Below are positions 39,675 to 48,822 of a DNA stretch of 64,000 nt, one piece after another (positions within the stretch are counted from its first letter, which is position 1; every line of letters starts with the position of its first letter). The notes beneath the pieces are model-generated. The model worked only from the letters and a program-made list of their open reading frames with translations. It had not been told where the DNA came from and made no database searches. Source of the DNA: a virus. The DNA is taken from positions 52,367-116,366 of the IMG/VR virus record IMGVR_UViG_3300030419_006105; one strand, written 5' to 3'. The position numbers were made by a program, and so were the translations under genes.

Positions 39675-40747
39675 GCGCAATACCATCTAAAACAGGAGTA
39701 CCAGATATTGTTAATAATAAATTAACAAACACTGTTGACTTCCATATTGCATCTACAAATTTTAATTCTATTTTAAAATCATATATTAACTTTTTAGCAC
39801 TTAGTAAATATTATGACAGTTTAAAATATGAACCAGATCCTATAACAGCAGAAGCGACATTTTGGGAAGAACTAGCGAACTCAAATATTAATTTACAAAC
39901 TTTTGCTAAAAACCCTAAAGCTACAAAATACTTATCTCGATTAGAGATAAACTTAAATGATGGAGAATTTTTAAAATTAAACGAAACAGGTGATCCGTTA
40001 ATTTATGTAAACGCGACAGGAAATTTAATAGCAGAAACAACTGAAGGGAGAGAAATACCTCTAACTAAAGACGATTCAGAAAAAGTAAATACCCAATTAG
40101 AGGAAATTAAAACATCGTTTGATATAGGGAATGAAGATTTAAATGGAGAATTCATCGCATGGTGGTTAGATAAATATCGTAAATGTCATAGTAAGGTCAA
40201 AGAAGTATTACAAGAAAAATTAAACATCGAAGATACAATATTACAAGAAGTATCTGAAAGTGTAGGTTTTATTTCTTATCAATATCTCACACCACAAGGA
40301 AGATATATGCATTATGCAGATGAAGATTCAGATCCAACACCATTTCCTTTTAATAGTATCATAGATGATAAGTTAGAATTAGATACACGTAAAAATATTT
40401 TAGGATTAAGTAGAAGAACAGAAGCTATTTTCAAACGAAATATACAGCAAGTAATTACAACACCTCATCTAGGAGATGTTCCTCATGGAGAAAATTTAGT
40501 TACAGATCATTTTTATTATAAACGATTAAAAGAAAATCAACCAGAAATAAATGAAATAGTAGCTGTCACATTAGGGGGTGCATATAAACTATTAATATGG
40601 TTAACTACAAATAAAGTAAGTAATAAACAAAAAACAGTTCCAGGTGTTTTTGAATTAGTAGTAGAAAATTCAAAAGAAGAAGTTGATTTATTATTGAATA
40701 AAATTGAAACTCTTAAGAGACCATTTAATATGAGTATACTTAGTTAA
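39671..40747 (+). CDS. Hypothetical protein
   Basis: 358-aa ORF with ATGA coupling. Confidence 0.7.
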   Translation: MSAIPSKTGVPDIVNNKLTNTVDFHIASTNFNSILKSYINFLALSKYYDSLKYEPDPITAEATFWEELANSNINLQTFAKNPKATKYLSRLEINLNDGEFLKLNETGDPLIYVNATGNLIAETTEGREIPLTKDDSEKVNTQLEEIKTSFDIGNEDLNGEFIAWWLDKYRKCHSKVKEVLQEKLNIEDTILQEVSESVGFISYQYLTPQGRYMHYADEDSDPTPFPFNSIIDDKLELDTRKNILGLSRRTEAIFKRNIQQVITTPHLGDVPHGENLVTDHFYYKRLKENQPEINEIVAVTLGGAYKLLIWLTTNKVSNKQKTVPGVFELVVENSKEEVDLLLNKIETLKRPFNMSILS

Positions 40748-41213
40748 GTTGTTCTGGTTCTTTTACTTCAGCGTCTACATTAATTACAGATTTATCATTT
40801 ATAAGTTTTGCCATTATTTCTTCTCTACTCATAGTTAATGCATGATTTTGATCTGCGGTTTGTAGTTCTTTTTTAGAATCAATATCCATCTTCTTAGAAG
40901 CGATTGTAGTATTAGATTTTTTATCTTGTATAACAATTTTGTTTAATGTTTCTATAGCTCCGGAAGATGCTTTTACTAATTCAGATAATGCAGATATGTT
41001 TTCTGCTTCTGGCATATGATGAACAACCTCTTTCATATTATCTATTAACTCTAAACTATCTTGAATTAATTTAGAAGATTTTTGTATAACAAAATTTTCA
41101 ATGTCCTCTTTATTCAACTCTGGATGGTCTCTTTCCGCGCGTTCTAGCATCTTACTATCTGCAGGAATTGATTTTAATTGCGAAATTAAATCATCTGGGT
41201 TAATATCATCCAT
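40740..41213 (-). CDS. Putative terminase small subunit (T4 gp16-like)
   Basis: 157 aa with a helical-hairpin pattern and C-terminal ALTMSREEIMAKL reminiscent of gp16. TAAATA box upstream. Confidence 0.5.
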   Translation of the reverse strand: MDDINPDDLISQLKSIPADSKMLERAERDHPELNKEDIENFVIQKSSKLIQDSLELIDNMKEVVHHMPEAENISALSELVKASSGAIETLNKIVIQDKKSNTTIASKKMDIDSKKELQTADQNHALTMSREEIMAKLINDKSVINVDAEVKEPEQLN

Positions 41214-41225
41214 AAAATTATTTAC

Positions 41226-41253
41226 TTGAACAACACATAATTTATACTATACT
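41226..41253 (+). promoter_or_regulatory. Sigma70-type promoter of dut-gp44
   Basis: TTGAAC-N16-TATACT, 6 nt before the ATG at 41260. Confidence 0.55.
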
Positions 41254-41259
41254 AGGGGC

Positions 41260-41772
41260 ATGAATTTACAAATTTCGCGCGAGCTTGATATTAAATTTGT
41301 TAAGACTCACCCAGATGCAAAGCTACCAGAGCGAGCGCACGACAGTGATTCAGGGTATGATATATATAGTGTTGAGGAAGTAGTAGTACCTGGAAGAGGG
41401 TCTGTTGTAGTGCCTGTAGGTTTAACTTTAGGTTATATAAGTGATGGATGGTGGTTCCGTGTTGAACCTAGAAGTGGTTTAGGATTTAAACATAACTTAC
41501 AACCTCATTTAGGAATTATTGATAATGGATATAGAGGAGACTTAGCAGTTAAATTATATAATTTTAGTGATACAAATGTAACTTTAAATAAAGGCATGAA
41601 AATAGCACAACTAGTTTTATACCCTCAAGTTGGTGCTAGAGTTAGTTTTATTGATAAAGTTACTGAAGCAGATAGGGGAGATGCTGGATTTGGTTCTACA
41701 GATTATGTATCTGATATGGATACTGATAAATTATCTGAACCTGAAGTTTTTGATATTAAAAAAGACATGTAA
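41260..41772 (+). CDS. dut: Trimeric dUTPase
   Basis: SGYDI, PRSGL, GIIDNGYRG, IAQLV, RGDAGFGST. Confidence 0.96.
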   Translation: MNLQISRELDIKFVKTHPDAKLPERAHDSDSGYDIYSVEEVVVPGRGSVVVPVGLTLGYISDGWWFRVEPRSGLGFKHNLQPHLGIIDNGYRGDLAVKLYNFSDTNVTLNKGMKIAQLVLYPQVGARVSFIDKVTEADRGDAGFGSTDYVSDMDTDKLSEPEVFDIKKDM

Positions 41773-42680
41773 TGGAAGTTTCTGATATTTGGTGCGAAAA
41801 ATATAGACCTAGTACTTTAGATCAAATAGTACTAAACTCTAACACTCGTACGTATTTTGATAAAATACGAGAAGATCAAAATATACCTAATGTTTTATTT
41901 GTAGGCCGACCAGGAATCGGTAAAACATCTTTAGCAAAAATTATAGTTTCAGATGTTCTTAATTGTCAGTATCTGTATATCAATGCATCAGATGAGAACG
42001 GAATAGACACAATACGTACAAAAGTATTAAACTTCGCGCAGACAAAGAGCCTCTTTGGGAGCATTAAGATTATAATACTTGACGAGTGTGATGGTTTGTC
42101 TATTGATGCACAAAAAGCTCTTCGTAACTCTATAGAAGAATATCATGAATTAACTCGATTTATACTTACAGCTAACTACAAGCATAAAATCATACCAGCT
42201 CTACAAAGTAGATGTCAAGTATTTGATCTTAATTATGATAAAAATGAATATATAGCTAAATTAATATCCATAGTTAAAACAGAAGATGTAAAAATTAATA
42301 AAGAACAATTTTCTGCTATTGCTAATAGTTGTTACCCAGATTTCCGTAAAGGTATTAATGCGTTACAAAAATATAGCTTATCTGGTGGTAATGATAGTGC
42401 TGTATTTGAATCAGCTGAATTTTTTGATGGATTATTAGATCTTCTCCGTAAACAGAAGTATACTGTAATACGAAAACATATAATTAGTCACGAACCAGTG
42501 TTTAATAATGATTATGATGAACTATTCAAACATTTGTTTGATTATATCTATGGAGTTAATATAGATAATGATAAAAAAAGAGACTGTCTTTTAACAGTCT
42601 CGAAATACTTTTATCAGAATAGTCAGTGTATAGATCAAGAGATCAACTTCTATTCTTGTATCTTAGAATTACGCGTTTAA
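41772..42680 (+). CDS. gp44: Clamp loader AAA+ subunit (T4 gp44 / RFC-like)
   Basis: WCEKYRP, GRPGIGKT, INASDENG, LDECD, LQSRC. Confidence 0.95.
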   Translation: MEVSDIWCEKYRPSTLDQIVLNSNTRTYFDKIREDQNIPNVLFVGRPGIGKTSLAKIIVSDVLNCQYLYINASDENGIDTIRTKVLNFAQTKSLFGSIKIIILDECDGLSIDAQKALRNSIEEYHELTRFILTANYKHKIIPALQSRCQVFDLNYDKNEYIAKLISIVKTEDVKINKEQFSAIANSCYPDFRKGINALQKYSLSGGNDSAVFESAEFFDGLLDLLRKQKYTVIRKHIISHEPVFNNDYDELFKHLFDYIYGVNIDNDKKRDCLLTVSKYFYQNSQCIDQEINFYSCILELRV

Positions 42681-43163
42681 GTACTTTGCAGTATTTAATT
42701 TATAATCTCCACCAGGAACCTTAGTTTGATGACCATCTATCTCCTGATCTTCAACAACTTCCGGTTTTAATGTTTGGGCATCTCTCTGATCATTAGTTGG
42801 ATCAGTTTTTGTAGCTCTATGTTCATCCCAAGTTTCAGCAAACTCTAAGAGTTCTAATGGAATTGTAAGATTATTTTGATAAAAACCTGGAGCCATTTCA
42901 ACCGTAATATCAGCTAGTTGAGCTTGTGAGTCTGTTGTTTCTGTCTCATATAATCCTTTTTTTATAGTAGAAAGCATAAGTGGTTTACCTTGTTCAGATA
43001 ATGTTTTAATTTCCTGAACATAATCCTGTCTTACCTTGTCTAGAGATTTATACCAGTCTGAAGATTCACATCCATTTTTTAACTTAACATAATCCCCTGC
43101 AATAGGACCAGATTTTACAAATCGCCCGATCTGCGCTTCAAATAATGTATCGAACTTACTCAT
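42669..43163 (-). CDS. Hypothetical late protein
   Basis: TAAATA-N6-ATG upstream. N-terminus MSKFDTLFEAQ. Confidence 0.75.
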   Translation of the reverse strand: MSKFDTLFEAQIGRFVKSGPIAGDYVKLKNGCESSDWYKSLDKVRQDYVQEIKTLSEQGKPLMLSTIKKGLYETETTDSQAQLADITVEMAPGFYQNNLTIPLELLEFAETWDEHRATKTDPTNDQRDAQTLKPEVVEDQEIDGHQTKVPGGDYKLNTAKYLNA

Positions 43164-43209
43164 TTAAATTATTTATTCTTTTAAGCATTTTAAAATTAAA
43201 TAATTATAC

Positions 43210-43692
43210 ATGGCTCTTAAATTAGACATTCTAAAAGATGCAAAGAATAAAGATAAATATCGTAATTATTCTTATGCAGATTTACATTTAGATTTGAAAT
43301 TAGATAGTTATCTATCAGATCAAACAGTAGGAGCTAGTAAAAACAATCAAGATTTAAAAATAAGTTACGATGAAGAGGCGATTTATAACTCAATAAGAAA
43401 TATTTTTAATACTAAAAAAGGACAAAAAATTCTTAATCCTACATTTGGTTTAGATGTTGAACAATACCTATTTGAGAATATTTCAAAAGAAAACGGTGAA
43501 TTAATAGGTACTACAATTTATGAAGAGTTAGCATTGTATGAACCTCGTATTGTTTGTGATAGTGTTAATGTTGTAGCACGTCCGGAGCAAAACGAATATA
43601 AAATTACTATATCTATAACAATACCGTCATTAAATAATAAAAAAGGGACAGCTAGCGGAATATTAACTCCAACAGGATTTACGTATATATAA
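43210..43692 (+). CDS. gp25: Baseplate wedge protein (T4 gp25-like)
   Basis: AIYNSIRNIFNT.KGQKILNPTFG, YLFE, YEPRI. Confidence 0.92.
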   Translation: MALKLDILKDAKNKDKYRNYSYADLHLDLKLDSYLSDQTVGASKNNQDLKISYDEEAIYNSIRNIFNTKKGQKILNPTFGLDVEQYLFENISKENGELIGTTIYEELALYEPRIVCDSVNVVARPEQNEYKITISITIPSLNNKKGTASGILTPTGFTYI

Positions 43693-43693
43693 A

Positions 43694-45526
43694 ATGGCAA
43701 ATTTTACACAATTCGACTTACCGACAGATGCTTATGCAAGCTTTGATGCACAGAGCTTGAGGGATCTGATTATAGCTAGAATTAATAAAGACACTAATAT
43801 TAATTTTACAGATCAAAACTTTGAAGGCAGCAATATTTCTGCCCTAATAGATATTATTTCGTACTCGTATCATACCCTCCTGTTCTATTTAAATCAAACT
43901 AGCTCTGAAAGTAATTTTAATGATGCAGAATTATATGAAAATATAAATCGTATAGTAAAGTTAATTGACTATAAACCTGTTGGTAAACAATCAAGTGTTT
44001 TACCTATTAATATAAAAGGTACATCTGATTTATCAGCAGGCTATTACACTGTACCTAAATTTACATTTGCAAGTACTGGTGGTAAAACTTTTACATTTAC
44101 TGAAGATCTAACTTTCGAAAAACTAACTAGTGAAACTGAAACAATTACCGCTACAGGTAATCAATTGTTATATGAAGGTACTGTTGAAGAATATCCTACT
44201 ATTAATCCTGTAGGAGAAAAATTCGAAGTTATTAATTTATTACCTGGTGGAGATACAATTATTGATCACTTTAATATTTTTGTTTACGTAAAAGAAATTA
44301 ATGAACAAAATAAATGGTTTACATGGAAAAGAGTCCCGAGTATTTTTCTAGCAGATGCAAATGAAAGAGCATTTGAAATTAGGTATAATGAAAATAAAAA
44401 ATATGAAATTAAATTTGGTAATGGTGTTAATGGAAAGAAATTAAACGAACAAGATCAAGTTGGTGTTTATTACATTAAGTCATCTGGACCAAATGGTAAA
44501 GTTACAAAAAATGCATTTGTAGATAATTCAATTAATATTTATAATACAACCAGGTACGATCAAATCTTAGATGATGTTAAAGATACATCATTAAATTATT
44601 TAACTATCGAAACTTCCGTAGATGTAACAGTAAACAATACTGAAGATAGTACCGACTTTGGAGAAGAAGAACAAGTATCAGAAATAAAACAAAATGCACC
44701 ACGGTTCTTTAGCTCGGAATATAAATTAACTACTAAAGGAGATTATAAAGCTTTTATTCAACGAAATTATAAAAACTTAATATATGATGTAATAGTACAA
44801 AATAATAGTGATTATACACTTGACTATTTAAAATATATTAACGATGAATTAGGGTTGACTAATTACAGTACAGACACTAATGCATTATTTAATCAATATT
44901 ATTTTGCAGATAGTTCTGATTCAAATAATATATATTTAACTATTGTTCCTAATTTACGTAAAAATAAAACTGTAGTAACACGGTCTAATTATCTATCTAA
45001 TTCATTAAAAGAAAAAATAAGAAGTGAAATTGAAGATTACAAACTCCTTAACAGTGAAATTGCATTTATTGATCCGATATATCTAAATTTAGACTTATCA
45101 TTAAAAATGTCTGGTGAGAGTTATAAAACAATATATAAAGATTATACTGAATTACAAATAGTACGTAGAGCTCGGTCTTTAGTTAATGAAGAAGATTTGA
45201 AAACTAAAGTGTTTAATATAATAACAAATTATATTAATACTATTAAATTAGGTGGGTTAATAGATGTAAGATATTTAAATAATGAAATTGAAAAAATTCC
45301 CGGAATAGAAAGCATACATACGGTAAGGACGGATGTACAACGAGCAATACCAGGTCTTTCATTTTGTATTTATAATCCGATTTACAACGGTAGAGATATA
45401 AAACCAATTGAAACCAGATTGCGACTACGACCGTATCAAATACCTTATATTGAAAACACACTTTTATTTAAAGATAAAATTAAAGTTATATCTAGCAAAA
45501 CTAACAAACGCGTTGTTGAATATTAA
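43694..45526 (+). CDS. gp6: Baseplate wedge protein (T4 gp6-like)
   Basis: FTDQNFEGSNIS.LIDI.SY, IKFGNGVNGK, IKQNAP..F, TKGDY. Confidence 0.9.
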   Translation: MANFTQFDLPTDAYASFDAQSLRDLIIARINKDTNINFTDQNFEGSNISALIDIISYSYHTLLFYLNQTSSESNFNDAELYENINRIVKLIDYKPVGKQSSVLPINIKGTSDLSAGYYTVPKFTFASTGGKTFTFTEDLTFEKLTSETETITATGNQLLYEGTVEEYPTINPVGEKFEVINLLPGGDTIIDHFNIFVYVKEINEQNKWFTWKRVPSIFLADANERAFEIRYNENKKYEIKFGNGVNGKKLNEQDQVGVYYIKSSGPNGKVTKNAFVDNSINIYNTTRYDQILDDVKDTSLNYLTIETSVDVTVNNTEDSTDFGEEEQVSEIKQNAPRFFSSEYKLTTKGDYKAFIQRNYKNLIYDVIVQNNSDYTLDYLKYINDELGLTNYSTDTNALFNQYYFADSSDSNNIYLTIVPNLRKNKTVVTRSNYLSNSLKEKIRSEIEDYKLLNSEIAFIDPIYLNLDLSLKMSGESYKTIYKDYTELQIVRRARSLVNEEDLKTKVFNIITNYINTIKLGGLIDVRYLNNEIEKIPGIESIHTVRTDVQRAIPGLSFCIYNPIYNGRDIKPIETRLRLRPYQIPYIENTLLFKDKIKVISSKTNKRVVEY

Positions 45527-48500
45527 TGGCTGATAGTACGGAAAAAGGACCGCAATCTGTAGAAGTACCGTTTACGGTAACTGTTAATACTTCTGGTACT
45601 GTACCTGCTCCACTCGCAGGGCTCCAATGTGCTTGGTTATCAGGTGCTGGGTTTACACGTATTTCGAAATTTACATTTAGTTCTCTTGTATCTGGTATGG
45701 ATAGTATGTTCGAACCTAAACTATCCAACAATCATATATTATGGGATTTTGGTGACGGTTATTCTTTGAGCGCCGCTGATACCTTAACTACTGAACATAC
45801 GTATCAAGTTCCTGGTATATATAAAGTATCTCAATATCTATTTGATGCAAACGGTGACGCAATTGTTAATACATTAACTGCATCAGTTTCAGTATACAAC
45901 TACATACAAACCGATATAAAAGTTAACACTGCTTTTACTAAAGAAATGACTGGGTCAAGTGCATCTCTTTATCAGGGTAGTTGGCAAATACCAGCAGGAT
46001 CAAAAAACACTACATTTAATGTAGGTGTCTCAACATCATGGCAAGATATACCAGAAGATGGAAAATATACATTATATCTTACATCTAGTGGCAGTAAGGC
46101 TAAACCATATGACACTAAAAATAAATACGCACACTTAATTCCATTTAATGCATTTTATGAACCTGTATCTGGTTCATCCCCGGAGCGAATTGACAACACA
46201 GAAGGTTTATCATTTGAACTTAATAATATATATTACGGAATTAACCCGTCAACTAATAAAATAACTGATAGACCTATATTAGAAGAAGAAGTACAAAAAT
46301 TTAAAGACGAAGGAATAGAGCCATTTTTATTAGGGGCAACAGTTGATAGTCTACCAAGTTTTGAAAGTATTAGAACAACATCTGCTGGTGTAACATCTTT
46401 AAGTGGATCAAGACGACCCAGTAGAAAAGATGTACAGTTTATATATTACGACGATATACCGAATATTGACCCAGGTGTAAAATTATTATTCAAACTCGAT
46501 ACAAGTAAACATAAAGTTAAAAATTTCTATGTAGATGGATTAGATGGAGATTTAAACACAACAAATAGAAACTTTTTAGAAACTGGTGCTGTTGGAAAAT
46601 ATACCCATTACTCACCTAATACCGGAGTTGAGAGAGAACCACAAACAGTTACAGGTTATTCAGTAGTAATTACTAATCCTGCAATTAAGCAGCTATCATT
46701 TACATCAACAGGTATGAAAGAAATGTCTGGTATCAATTACAAAAGACAAGGTGATAAATTTCAATTGTTTATAAGCTTAGCAGATAAGGATATGAATATA
46801 TTAAAATTATATCCTAATTTTCTTTGGTCTTCAACTCTCGCATCAGATTATTCTTTTCATGCTACTTGGGAGCAAGATGGAGATTTACATACAAGTAATA
46901 TATCTAGTATAAGTACAAACAAATTTCCATATAATGCATCTACTGGCAAGACTCAATTAAGCAGTTTTCTATATGCTAATATAGATCCTCTTAGCGCTGG
47001 TACATGGACATTAAATGTAACTGGTCGGGTACCTTCTCTATCAACACAAAGTTCTTTATCTGGGTATAGTGGTAATGTTGGTTATGGTAATACCGGTAAT
47101 ACAGGTAATGTAGGTATAGGTGTTGAAAACGCTAACTACATACAAGGGTCCTATACATTTACAATATGTCCTTCTACTAATGACACTGAACTTTATAAAA
47201 TAAATGAAGATATAGATTATTCACAAACATTAAAAAGTTATAGATTTCAATCCTTCATGCATGAGTATGATAATTTATTTGATGGTATATTTACTTCATT
47301 TGTAGGTGAGGCGAGTTCAAGTCCAACTGTATTTGGTAAGACTATATTTGAAAAAATAGCAAACTTCGTGGCTAATAATAGTGATGTAGATTATTGTAAT
47401 TTAGATAATTTACAAGCTTTTTATGACTTCTTTAATGAAGATATAGATATTGTATTACCTACACCACCTCCAGAGTTAAAACGGTTATATGATTTATTCA
47501 GTATAAAGATTACAAAACTGTTAGGAGACTACGAACGAGATAATTTAAGACTTAGTTCAAACTATTATACTAATTCCGCTGATGGCAGAAATGTAGATTT
47601 TGATAATAAAATATCTACATCAACATATACAGTTACTGCATATACGAATTTTGTAGCTCGACAAAAATTTAATAACGAATTTACTTTAATTAAACCTCAA
47701 AAAGTTGCATCAACACAGGTATCTACAATAAATCCAGTATTCCTGATTCGTGGAAACGTAGGTAGTGGTTCATCCTTTTCTGATTCTAGCACTAGTACAA
47801 CTACACATACTATTACTGCGAATAGGAATGCAACTCATAGTACTACACAGTCGAAGTTTACCGGCGGGTCAATTAAGATTGATGGAGATAGTGGCGGCAC
47901 CAATGCGGATTACTTATGTGCAGGTCCTCATGATGATTTCGTCTTTGGTACAGACGATTTTACTATTGATTGCTGGTTCTATGCCGAATCATTTGATGAT
48001 TACGAAGCTGTATTTAGTCATGGCTGTAGAACTAATAATAATATGCTACATGCTTTAGAGCTTACCGCAGATGAAGCGGTTCGTTGGCTAATAAGAGCAA
48101 CCGGTACCGATGGGACAGAAACAATAGATATGAGAACACCTAACGGTACGGTTTCTACCGATACATGGCATCATATTGCAGCAGTAAGGAGTGGTGCTTA
48201 TTTTTATATTTTTATTGATGGTGTTTTACAGGCCAAGAGTGATGAGGATGCTCAGCCTTGGCCAATTAATACAGGAGTGAATCAGGGTGGATTTACTACA
48301 CGATCAAGCACCGGAAATTACTGGTACGACCCAGCGAATGGTCCAGCGGATCTAGTTGAACCTAAAAGTAGTGGAGGTACATCATATCCGGTTTATATTG
48401 GTGCTCGGGTTAGAAATCCCTCCTCTAATATAGACAGTATGCATGGTTATATAGACGAGTTTAGAATAACAAGAGCCGCGCTTTGGACATCCGATTTTAC

Positions 48501-48822
48501 TCCTCCGACCAGCCGCGGTGGTGCTACTGCAGACTCCACATACCCGTTATCATCTTATAATGTATATAGTAACTGGGGTTGGCCATTAGATACATCAATT
48601 ACTGGTTCTAGTGGGTTAGATGGTCTATATGAATTCTATCCATTCACGACATATGATTCAACATCAGCGAATGAAAATATAAAAAATAGTATCATAGATT
48701 TTGATAATGAATATACAAGTATAACTCGTAGTAATTCTTCGTTAAGTGCGAACTGGGATAATACTGGTGGTATAGTATATAAGAATCTAGACTATCAAAT
48801 AAGGAAAGGACTTAATATATGA
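45526..48822 (+). CDS. Large virion protein with N-terminal PKD domain and inserted LamG/ConA-like domain
   Basis: WDFGDG...HTYQVPGIYKV (PKD). DFTIDCWF...WHHIAAVR...FIDG...GYIDEFRIT...FTPPT (LamG). Confidence 0.8.
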   Translation: MADSTEKGPQSVEVPFTVTVNTSGTVPAPLAGLQCAWLSGAGFTRISKFTFSSLVSGMDSMFEPKLSNNHILWDFGDGYSLSAADTLTTEHTYQVPGIYKVSQYLFDANGDAIVNTLTASVSVYNYIQTDIKVNTAFTKEMTGSSASLYQGSWQIPAGSKNTTFNVGVSTSWQDIPEDGKYTLYLTSSGSKAKPYDTKNKYAHLIPFNAFYEPVSGSSPERIDNTEGLSFELNNIYYGINPSTNKITDRPILEEEVQKFKDEGIEPFLLGATVDSLPSFESIRTTSAGVTSLSGSRRPSRKDVQFIYYDDIPNIDPGVKLLFKLDTSKHKVKNFYVDGLDGDLNTTNRNFLETGAVGKYTHYSPNTGVEREPQTVTGYSVVITNPAIKQLSFTSTGMKEMSGINYKRQGDKFQLFISLADKDMNILKLYPNFLWSSTLASDYSFHATWEQDGDLHTSNISSISTNKFPYNASTGKTQLSSFLYANIDPLSAGTWTLNVTGRVPSLSTQSSLSGYSGNVGYGNTGNTGNVGIGVENANYIQGSYTFTICPSTNDTELYKINEDIDYSQTLKSYRFQSFMHEYDNLFDGIFTSFVGEASSSPTVFGKTIFEKIANFVANNSDVDYCNLDNLQAFYDFFNEDIDIVLPTPPPELKRLYDLFSIKITKLLGDYERDNLRLSSNYYTNSADGRNVDFDNKISTSTYTVTAYTNFVARQKFNNEFTLIKPQKVASTQVSTINPVFLIRGNVGSGSSFSDSSTSTTTHTITANRNATHSTTQSKFTGGSIKIDGDSGGTNADYLCAGPHDDFVFGTDDFTIDCWFYAESFDDYEAVFSHGCRTNNNMLHALELTADEAVRWLIRATGTDGTETIDMRTPNGTVSTDTWHHIAAVRSGAYFYIFIDGVLQAKSDEDAQPWPINTGVNQGGFTTRSSTGNYWYDPANGPADLVEPKSSGGTSYPVYIGARVRNPSSNIDSMHGYIDEFRITRAALWTSDFTPPTSRGGATADSTYPLSSYNVYSNWGWPLDTSITGSSGLDGLYEFYPFTTYDSTSANENIKNSIIDFDNEYTSITRSNSSLSANWDNTGGIVYKNLDYQIRKGLNI

